Source: Coriobacteriales bacterium
Lineage (GTDB): Bacteria; Actinomycetota; Coriobacteriia; Coriobacteriales; UBA8131
Reading direction: 5' to 3'
Length of the DNA stretch: 54,599 bases
Assembly: GCA_031272005.1 (NCBI GenBank)
Contig: JAISUQ010000060.1
Location: 1-54,599 of the forward strand
This document shows, piece after piece, positions 36,042 to 43,239 of the stretch. How positions within the stretch are numbered: position 1 is the stretch's first letter; every line of letters begins with the position of its first letter. The notes under the pieces are model-generated. The model had not been told where the DNA came from and made no database searches. It was given only the letters and a program-made list of their open reading frames with translations. The position numbers and the translations under genes were made by a program.

Positions 36042-37584
36042 TTCCCGCCCTTGCCCCAGCTCCCCAGGCCGCCGCTTCGGCTCTGGCTCTGGCTCTGGCC
36101 CCCGCCGCCCCCGCCGCTCCCGCCGTCCCCGCTCGGCTGGCAACCGGCTGTTCTTTCTCCGCACCATCCTGGCTTCACTCGTTCGCCGCCGCTCGCGCCT
36201 GTTGGTTGCCCTGCTCAGTGTGACGGTCGGCGCCTGCATCCTCAGCGGCCTGGTGACCATTTACTACGACATCCCCCGTCAGATGGGTCTGCAGTTCCGC
36301 TCCTACGGTGCCAACATGGTGTTGCTGCCGGCCGGAGATACCAACAACGCGGCGACCACCGCAGACAGCAACCCGGCAACCGTCGCATCCGCTGAGGCAG
36401 CAGCGGCAGAAGAGACGGACGCTGACGCAGAAGCAGCCGCAGAAGCAGAAGCAGCCGCAGCCGCAGCCACAGACGCAGAAGCGCCAGCAGGCGGAGAAAT
36501 GCCGGCCAGCCCGGACTTCTCCACCATCCAACTGCCAACCGGCCACACCACCGATACCAACTGTACCGGCTGCCACTCACAGGACTTCCTCGCCAATGCA
36601 GCTGCCAGCCAGGCCGCCGCGCCAGCCGCCTCCGCCTCCGCCAGCACTGCCAATGTCGCCGGCATCAGCCCCGAGCAGTTGACGGCGGCCCTGCAGCAGA
36701 TTCCCGCCAGCGAGTTGGTGGGTGTGGCGCCGTATCGCTATGGCAACGTGACCATCAACGAGACGCCGCAGATCCTGGCCGGCACCGACTTCTCCGGCGC
36801 TCAGGCTACCAGCCCGTTCTGGAGCGTCGAGGGTCAATGGCCGCAAAGCACAGGCCAGGCGTTGGTGGGCGTGGAGCTGGCCAACACCTACAGGCTGGAG
36901 GTTGGCAAGCGCTTCTCCGTCAGCACCTCGGCAGCCGACGGCAGCACTGCCATCCGCCAGCTGGAGGTGGCGGGCATCCTGACTACCGGCGGTGATGAGG
37001 AGGCCTTCGTCTTCGTCTCGCTCGCCGACTTCGCCAGCCTGCTGGGCCAGGCCGACTACGACAATGTGGAATTGAGTATCAATGCCTCCGGCGATGAGCT
37101 GGCGGCTTACGCAGATGCCATCCAGGCCGCCCAGCCTGCGCTCAGCGCGCAAGCCGTCAAGCGCGTCACTGCCAGCCAGGACGCCGTGTTGGGCAAGCTG
37201 CAGGCTCTGGTCTATCTGGTCACAACGGTGGTGCTGCTGCTGACGCTGATCTGCGTGGCCACCACCATGATGGCCGTTGTGACCGAGCGCCGCCGCGAGA
37301 TCGGCCTGCGCAAGGCGCTTGGCGCTGGCAACGATGAGGTCGCCTGGACCTTCATCGGCGAAGGCCTGGCCACCGCCCTGGTCGGCGGCATCCTCGGCGC
37401 GGCAGCCGGCTTCGGTTTCGCCCAGTTGGTCAGCCTGCAGGTCTTCGGACAGACCATCCACTTCAACTGGGCCATCGCACCGCTGACCGTGGTGGTGATG
37501 CTGGTGACCACCGTGCTGGCCTGCCTGCTGCCCCTGCGCTCGGCCACTGCCATCGATCCGGCTCTGGTTTTGAAAGGAGAATGA
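36031..37584 (+). CDS. FtsX/MacB-type ABC permease 2
   Basis: The ATG at 36031 has RBS GGAGG and overlaps the permease 1 stop by 11 nt. The motif is ERRREIGLRKALGAG. There is a very long Ala/Glu/Thr/Asp-rich insert, and the N-terminal ~40 aa are Arg/Pro/Ser/Gly-rich. 517 aa. The start is the only in-frame ATG available. Confidence 0.75.
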   Translation: MAADSRPCPSSPGRRFGSGSGSGPRRPRRSRRPRSAGNRLFFLRTILASLVRRRSRLLVALLSVTVGACILSGLVTIYYDIPRQMGLQFRSYGANMVLLPAGDTNNAATTADSNPATVASAEAAAAEETDADAEAAAEAEAAAAAATDAEAPAGGEMPASPDFSTIQLPTGHTTDTNCTGCHSQDFLANAAASQAAAPAASASASTANVAGISPEQLTAALQQIPASELVGVAPYRYGNVTINETPQILAGTDFSGAQATSPFWSVEGQWPQSTGQALVGVELANTYRLEVGKRFSVSTSAADGSTAIRQLEVAGILTTGGDEEAFVFVSLADFASLLGQADYDNVELSINASGDELAAYADAIQAAQPALSAQAVKRVTASQDAVLGKLQALVYLVTTVVLLLTLICVATTMMAVVTERRREIGLRKALGAGNDEVAWTFIGEGLATALVGGILGAAAGFGFAQLVSLQVFGQTIHFNWAIAPLTVVVMLVTTVLACLLPLRSATAIDPALVLKGE

Positions 37585-38315
37585 AGATGCCCTCGGCAAC
37601 CCCCACCACCGCCACCCCCGCCGCCACCCCCGCCAGCAAGCCAACCTCACAAGCCCTGCTCCAGCTGGACGCGGTGACCAAAAGCTACGGCGACCTGGAT
37701 GCCCTCAGAGACATCAGCTTCGCCGTCCAACCTGGCGAGTGGGTCTCGATCATGGGGCCATCCGGCAGCGGCAAGACCACGCTGATGAACATCATCGGCT
37801 GCATGGACAAGCCCACCTCCGGCTCCGTGCTGCTCTCCGGCCAGGACATCTCACGCGAGAGCCCCCGCGCCTTAACCGCCATCCGCCGTGACCACATCGG
37901 TCTGGTATTCCAGCAGTTCCACCTGATTGCCTATCTCAGCGCCCTGGAAAACGTGATGGTCGCTCAGTATTACCACAGCCTGGTGGATGAGGCCGAGGCG
38001 CTGCAGGCCCTGGAACGCGTCGGCCTGGCCAAGCGCGCCAACCACCTGCCGGCCCAGCTTTCCGGCGGCGAGCAACAGCGGGTCTGCATCGCTCGCGCCC
38101 TGATCAACCGCCCCCAGCTGATTCTGGCCGACGAGCCTACCGGCAATCTGGATGAGGACAACGAGCTGAAGGTCATGGCCATCCTGCGCGAGCTGCATGA
38201 CGAAGGCCACACCCTGATAGTGGTGACCCACGACCCCGAAGTAGCCAGCGCCGCCCAGCGCACCATCATCCTCGAACACGGCCACCTCAAAGAGATCCGC
38301 AACAACCAGCCCTGA
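37581..38315 (+). CDS. ABC transporter ATP-binding protein (MacB/LolD-like)
   Basis: ATGA overlap with the preceding gene. Walker A is GPSGSGKTT, the signature is LSGGEQQR and Walker B is LILADEPTGNLD. 244 aa with a Thr/Pro/Ala-rich N-terminal tail. Confidence 0.9.
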   Translation: MKMPSATPTTATPAATPASKPTSQALLQLDAVTKSYGDLDALRDISFAVQPGEWVSIMGPSGSGKTTLMNIIGCMDKPTSGSVLLSGQDISRESPRALTAIRRDHIGLVFQQFHLIAYLSALENVMVAQYYHSLVDEAEALQALERVGLAKRANHLPAQLSGGEQQRVCIARALINRPQLILADEPTGNLDEDNELKVMAILRELHDEGHTLIVVTHDPEVASAAQRTIILEHGHLKEIRNNQP

Positions 38316-38513
38316 TAACCGACCCCAGTGCTCCGCCTACCATATCATAGCAAATAACATAACTAGCAATTAACAATTAACAGCCTTTCAGGTTTCTTTC
38401 AGGCTTCTTTAAGTATTGGTGGTTATGCTTAGTGCCGGTCTCGCAAATCGACTTGTCTTTCAGCGCCCCAGGCAAGGATTTTGGGCGCGGCTACTATACT
38501 AAAGGACTGCAAG

Positions 38514-38738
38514 ATGTTTACGTTGACTGACCAGACTATCGAAGCAACGATGGATGTCATCAGCGGCTTCATAGTGTCCGCAGTCTGTGAACAAACTGGC
38601 AGGTAGCTTGACGAGGTGACTGAACTGTTCCTGATGTCTCGGGCTAACTGCCTGCTGCGTAACAAGGCAACGGGCTATTATTGGGATAGTATCACCGAGC
38701 TGAAAGAAATATTCCTGTCGGAGTTGCCAGAACAGTAG
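38514..38738 (+). pseudogene. Small ORF (74 codons) interrupted by one in-frame TAG at 38604-38606
   Basis: My own translation reads MFTLTDQTIEATMDVISGFIVSAVCEQTGR-TAG-LDEVTELFLMSRANCLLRNKATGYYWDSITELKEIFLSELPEQ. The frame is unbroken apart from that stop, and RBS AAAGGA lies upstream. It is protein-like and possibly of the DUF3791 type, with low certainty. It is too short on either side of the stop to appear in the ORF track. Confidence 0.4.
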
Positions 38739-38828
38739 CGCCGCAGATAGTGGTGTTTTCTTGTAGCGAGTGCCTCTCTCCAGTGTCCCGCTGATGTAGT
38801 CGTGGATGTGCCCGGATGTATTGGAACA

Positions 38829-38875
38829 TTGACATTCAGACAGTGTCAAAGTATGATGACATTTACAAAATGTCA
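38829..38875 (+). promoter_or_regulatory. hipB promoter (TTGACA-17-TATGAT) with two overlapping palindromes
   Basis: The -35 is at 38829-38834 and the -10 at 38852-38857. The first palindrome is TTGACA...TGTCAA (38829-38849). The second is TGACATTT-N3-AAATGTCA (38857-38875). Both lie immediately upstream of the HTH gene, which suggests an autoregulatory operator. Confidence 0.5.
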
Positions 38876-38900
38876 ATGTTTGTATACTTTGTGAGGCAAT

Positions 38901-39158
38901 ATGGAAGCACTGGCTGTTCTTTGTTCTATTCTGAAGCAGGCGCGCTTGGATCAGGGATTAACGCAAAAGGAGCTGGCAAAAAGAGCCGGCGTATCGCGGG
39001 CATGGCTGATAGCGCTGGAATCTGGCACCGCCAGTAGAGCCGAGCTCGGCAAGGTCCTGGATTTGGCCACAACGCTCGGATTGGAGTTAAAGCCGAGCAA
39101 ACGCAAACCTTTAGACGCAGATGCAGAGTTGATCATGCAGAGGTACTTCGATGCCTGA
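38901..39158 (+). CDS. hipB: XRE-family HTH protein, HipB-like antitoxin
   Basis: 85 aa. The HTH is LKQARLDQGLTQKELAKRAGVSRAWLIALESG. It overlaps the HipA N-terminal ORF by 8 nt. Confidence 0.75.
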   Translation: MEALAVLCSILKQARLDQGLTQKELAKRAGVSRAWLIALESGTASRAELGKVLDLATTLGLELKPSKRKPLDADAELIMQRYFDA

Positions 39159-39962
39159 GCCTGCGAAACTCAACGTCTTGCTCGGCGATGAGCTCGTTGG
39201 CACTTTGACCCAAACACGGGACAAAGGTCGGGTCTTCGCCTATCGACAGGATTGGGAAAGCGTGACCACGGCAATATCCTTGTCGATGTCAACGCGCAAG
39301 CAAACATACCCGCAAAGAGTCGTTGATCCATATCTTTGGGGACTGATACCGGATAGCCATATCATACGACACCAGATTGCGCGACAGTTCAATGTGTCTG
39401 CCAACAACCCCATGGCTTTGCTCGGTAAAATTGGTTTGGATTGCGCAGGCGCTGTCCGATTCTGCTCAGACAGCCAGTTGTTGAAGACCCCAGCCTGCTT
39501 GCATCGGCTGGACGCCCGGAGATGCGCGAACGCAACCGCATGGATTTTGCCCGCTCACTTTTCTTCAACTACTTGATGATGGCTCCGGATGCTCACGCCA
39601 AGAACTATTCGGTGTTGTTGTTAGCCGACGCAGTCCGGCTTGCACCACTCTATGACATCGCCTCTGGTGCGCCCTATACCAAAGACTATGGGAGGCCTGG
39701 TTTCAAGCGGGCAGCGATGCGCATTGGCGGGGAGAATCAGTTTGGCGAACTATCCCCAAAAAACCTGCAGAGGTTTGCCCAGCGCAACGGATTCGAAGAA
39801 CAATGGGTGATGGAGACGTTCAAGCAGATGGCAGAGGGCATTCCGTCCGCCCTGGAGAACGTGTTTGCCTGTAACGTCCATATCACAGGCACCAGCGAGT
39901 TGCGGGAAGCCATGCTGGGTCGGCTGAGCAGCCATTGCCAGAGAGCGGGCAAGCCACTTTAA
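39151..39962 (+). pseudogene. hipA: Decayed hipA toxin gene (frameshifted, central kinase core missing)
   Basis: ORF 39151-39576 carries the HipA coupling / N-terminal domain (LNVLLGDELVGTL..., GLDCAGAVRF). ORF 39441-39962, in another frame, carries the HipA C-terminal domain (LFFNYLMMAPDAHAKNYSVLL...LAPLYDI). Together they are about 270 aa, against about 440 aa for intact HipA, and no GAQPK-type P-loop region is present. Confidence 0.7.
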
Positions 39963-40225
39963 CTTACACAAATTCATAGTGCCCGGCTTGCTCATGCAGC
40001 AACCTCTTTCAATGCTGCAAGGGCTTCAAGTGCGGCATCAGGTTGCCTGCCTGGCGAGGCGAGAGTGTCGAGTAGACCCCATTCCGGCGAGACCATTGCC
40101 ACTCTTTTGACCCGGCGTGCAACGGTACGCACATTGTTGCTCAGCGGCACAACAAGCATAACCTGCGCAGAGTGGGGAGATGCATCGCTGTCCTGGTGCT
40201 AACACTAATTGATATAGGCTACTAG

Positions 40226-40254
40226 TTGACTAATTCTAATATAGGTGTTAAACT
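40226..40254 (+). promoter_or_regulatory. Sigma-70-like promoter TTGACT-17-TAAACT upstream of the radical SAM cluster
   Basis: The -35 is at 40226-40231 and the -10 at 40249-40254. It has the same architecture and the same TAAACT -10 as the promoter at 30927. It leaves a leader of roughly 120 nt before the GTG at 40379. Confidence 0.5.
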
Positions 40255-40378
40255 GCCAAATGGATTGAAGCACATTGTCTTCCATGTAGCGGGGCCCGGG
40301 GTTGGTCTGCTCCGGGTCTTTGCATGTCAGCGAAGTGCTGACTTCCTAACACGGCGGATTTTACAGGAGGCGCAGACA

Positions 40379-41392
40379 GTGGATAAATTCAGAAGCCAGA
40401 TTATCGACATCGTGGATAAAGGCCGGCTGGGCCAGGGGTTGGAAGACGATGAGATCCTCCAACTCTACTCCACCGACCCGGAGTCGCCCGAGGCCTTCTA
40501 CATCATGTGGGCCGGTCGCCAGCTGCAGCGCCAGGCCGCCAACAACATCGCCGAGGTGCACGCCCAAATCGGCCTCAACGGCTCGCCCTGTCCCAAGAAC
40601 TGCCAGTTTTGCAGCTTCGCCATCTGCAACGGCGTGCGTCAGGGCAAGCTGGAGATGCCTTTGCAGGATGTGCTGGAATACATCAAGATTTACCAGGAGC
40701 AGGGCGCCAATGCCATCCTGATGATGGTCACGGCCACCTACAAGTTCGAGAAGCTGTTGGAGATGGGCGCTGCCGCCCGCGCGGTGATGGACAAGGAGCT
40801 GCCGCTGCTGGCCAACACCGGCGACATGAGCCTGGAGCAGGCTCAGCAGCTTAAGGCCGCCGGATTCAACGGCTGCTACCATGCCGTGCGCATGGGGGAG
40901 GGCGTAACCACCACCATCCCCGTCGAGCGACGCCTGGAGACCATCGACAACATCCATGCTGCGGGCTTGAGCCTCTCCACCTGCGTGGAGCCGGTCGGCC
41001 CGGAGCATACGCCTCAGGAATTGACGGAGAAGACCCGCATCTGCATCAACTCCGGGGCGCTTTCGGCCGGCGTGGGCAAGCGGATCATGATTCCCGGCAC
41101 CATGCTGGCCAAATACGGGCAGTTGAACAACCTGGTAGCCGGGCGCAACGTCGCCGTCTACCGCCTGGCTGCCGGGCTCAAGCCGCGCCTGAACTGCGCT
41201 GGTGGCACCGATTTGGCCTCGGCCATGGGCGCAAATCTGGCCTGGGCGGAGATGGGCACCAACCCGCGTGATACCGAGGAGCGCACCGAGAAGGGCGGTC
41301 GCGGTGTGGACATCGCTTTCTGCAAGAAGGTCTTCAACGACGCTGGCTGGGATGTATTGGAAGGCCCGTCACCCGGCTGGATCCTGGACTGA
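40379..41392 (+). CDS. Radical SAM protein, BioB-fold (biotin synthase / HydE / PylB-like), paralogue 1
   Basis: GTG start after RBS CAGGAGG, 337 aa. The CX3CX2C motif is CPKNCQFCSF. By eye it is collinear with BioB (LANTGDMSLEQAQQLKAAG..YHAV; AGLSLSTCVEP; GTNPRD). Confidence 0.8.
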   Translation: MDKFRSQIIDIVDKGRLGQGLEDDEILQLYSTDPESPEAFYIMWAGRQLQRQAANNIAEVHAQIGLNGSPCPKNCQFCSFAICNGVRQGKLEMPLQDVLEYIKIYQEQGANAILMMVTATYKFEKLLEMGAAARAVMDKELPLLANTGDMSLEQAQQLKAAGFNGCYHAVRMGEGVTTTIPVERRLETIDNIHAAGLSLSTCVEPVGPEHTPQELTEKTRICINSGALSAGVGKRIMIPGTMLAKYGQLNNLVAGRNVAVYRLAAGLKPRLNCAGGTDLASAMGANLAWAEMGTNPRDTEERTEKGGRGVDIAFCKKVFNDAGWDVLEGPSPGWILD

Positions 41393-41393
41393 G

Positions 41394-42428
41394 ATGGGGC
41401 GGCCGGGGAGCCTAGACCTGGCCGCCTCGCCCCAAGGCAGGCGGACCAGCATCAAGCGCCATGAGCAGCGGGTGACCAGCATCCGCGAGCTGTTCTGGAT
41501 GCTGCTGCCGGTATCCGGGCTGCTCATCGCCTTGGGGCTGCACTACGGGCTGCCAAACGTCTACCCGCTGGCCTACCACCCCAAGACCTACGGCCCGGTG
41601 CTGATCGGCCTGGGTGCTATCTATATAGCATTGATGGCTGCTGCCTGCTTCTGGCCGGCGTTGCGCCGGCGCCTGCGGCACTTCTCCGGCATCTTCTTCG
41701 TCTTGGCCCTGACGCTGGCGGCGCTGGATGTCGCCACCCTCAAGACCGGCTGGCTGCGCCTGCCCTTTGTACCCTCGCCGGATAAGATCCTCTCCGTTTA
41801 CCCAGACAACGCGGCGCAGTTTGTGGAGAACTTCCTGGCCAGCATGAAACTGCTGTTCACCGGGGTGTTTCTGGGTACCCTGGCCGGGGTGCTGAGCGGC
41901 ATCCTGATGGGCTGGAGCCGCATCGCCAACTATTGGATATCCCCGGTGCTCAAGGTCATCGGCCCGGTGCCGGGGGTGGCCTGGCTGCCGATTGCCATGG
42001 TGCTGATGCCCTCCTCGCGCGCTGCCGGTCTGTTCCTGATTGGCCTGGCGCTGTGGTTTCCCCTCACGCTGATGATCTCCACCGCCATCCGCGACACCGA
42101 CGTCCGCCTGATCGAGAGTGCCCGGGTGCTGGGCGCCTCCGAGCTGCATATCCTCACCCACGTGGCCATCCCGGCGGCCATCCCGGCCATGTTCACCGGC
42201 ATGTTCATGGGGCTCTCGGCCAGCTTCGGCGCCCTCATCTACGCCGAGATGCTGGGGGTCAAAGCCGGTTTGGGCTGGTACATCGAGTGGTCGCGGGCCT
42301 GGGGCGAGTACGCCAAGATCTTCGCCACCATCGGCATCTTCATCGTGCTGTTCTTCGCGCTGATCGAGATTCTGTTCCGCATCCGCAACCACGCCATGAA
42401 GTGGCAGAAGGGCGTAGTGCGGTGGTGA
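41394..42428 (+). CDS. ABC permease, NitT/TauT (SsuC/TauC/ThiX-like) family with extra N-terminal TMs
   Basis: The ATG lies 1 nt after the preceding stop. 344 aa. The binding-protein-dependent transport signature region is ESARVLGAS....THVAIPAAIPAMFTG. Confidence 0.8.
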   Translation: MGRPGSLDLAASPQGRRTSIKRHEQRVTSIRELFWMLLPVSGLLIALGLHYGLPNVYPLAYHPKTYGPVLIGLGAIYIALMAAACFWPALRRRLRHFSGIFFVLALTLAALDVATLKTGWLRLPFVPSPDKILSVYPDNAAQFVENFLASMKLLFTGVFLGTLAGVLSGILMGWSRIANYWISPVLKVIGPVPGVAWLPIAMVLMPSSRAAGLFLIGLALWFPLTLMISTAIRDTDVRLIESARVLGASELHILTHVAIPAAIPAMFTGMFMGLSASFGALIYAEMLGVKAGLGWYIEWSRAWGEYAKIFATIGIFIVLFFALIEILFRIRNHAMKWQKGVVRW

Positions 42429-43183
42429 CGGAGAAGATTGGACTGGAAGCCGCAGAGCTCCTGCGCATCTTTGAGGACGCTGACGGCAACGAGGTCGTTG
42501 CCCTGGACGGTTTCAGCTTAAGCATCCAAGGCAGCGAGACCGTGGGCTTGATTGGCCCGTCCGGCTGCGGCAAGTCGACCTTCCTGCGCCTGGTGGCCGG
42601 GCTGGACCAGCCGCAGGGCGGCAGCCTCAGCGTGGGCGGCCAGCCCATCACCGGCCCGGATTACCACCGCGGCCTGGTCTTCCAAAACGCCGCCCTGTTC
42701 GAGTGGCTGACCGTTTGGGACAACATCGCCTTCGGCCTCAAAGCCCGCAAAGTCTACCGTCAGCAGAAACAACGCGTCCAGGAACTCATCGACCTGATGG
42801 GTCTGACCGGCTTCGAGAAGTCCTACCCGCACCAGATCTCCGGCGGCATGGCCTCGCGCACCGCCCTGGCCCGCTCCTTCATCCAGGAGCCGGACATCAT
42901 CCTGCTGGATGAGCCGCTGTCCTCGCTGGATGCTTTCACCCGGGCGACCATCCAGGACCAAATCATCGACATGCAACGCCGCGCTCAGGCGATCATTATC
43001 TTAGTAACCCATGATATCGAAGAGGCAGTCTATCTCTGCGACCGGATCATCGTCATGAGCGCCCGCCCCGGGCGCGTCCTCGGCGAGGTGGCCGTAGACC
43101 TGCCGCACCCCCGCGACCGCACCGAGGAGCGCTTCATCGCCCTGCGCCGTGCGGTGATGCATCTGCTAGGCAACCAGGCTTGA
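42422..43183 (+). CDS. ABC ATP-binding protein, NitT/TauT (SsuB/TauB-like) family
   Basis: GTG start overlapping the permease stop (GTGA at 42425 is an alternative). Walker A is GPSGCGKST, the signature is ISGGMASR and Walker B is IILLDEP, with H-loop VTHD. About 253 aa. Confidence 0.85.
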   Translation: MVTEKIGLEAAELLRIFEDADGNEVVALDGFSLSIQGSETVGLIGPSGCGKSTFLRLVAGLDQPQGGSLSVGGQPITGPDYHRGLVFQNAALFEWLTVWDNIAFGLKARKVYRQQKQRVQELIDLMGLTGFEKSYPHQISGGMASRTALARSFIQEPDIILLDEPLSSLDAFTRATIQDQIIDMQRRAQAIIILVTHDIEEAVYLCDRIIVMSARPGRVLGEVAVDLPHPRDRTEERFIALRRAVMHLLGNQA

Positions 43184-43239
43184 GGGTTGTCCCCATCAGG
43201 CCTGGTAACTATAGGAGCTCTACCAAAGGAGGAACAGCA

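Noticed and set aside
38604-38606. The in-frame TAG as a pyrrolysine codon, prompted by the PylB-like fold of the nearby radical SAM genes.
   Set aside because: No pylS, pylC, pylD or pylT is recognisable in the window. The radical SAM genes sit in a different operon and composition domain. A pseudogene is the parsimonious reading.
38429-38876. Minus-strand ORFs 38429-38665 and 38499-38876 in the lower-GC islet.
   Set aside because: Their products are Cys/His/Ser-rich and non-protein-like. They lie antisense to the more coherent plus-strand small ORF and to the hipB promoter.
39992-40159. A 55-codon minus-strand ORF (MLVVPLSNNVRTVARRVKRVAMVSPEWGLLDTLASPGRQPDAALEALAALKEVAA). Its stop forms an ATGA overlap with the start of ORF 39750-39995(-), which suggests a second toxin-antitoxin pair.
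   Set aside because: There is no RBS, I recognise no family motif, and the downstream ORF runs antisense through hipA. It may be a gene fragment but is not supportable as a feature.
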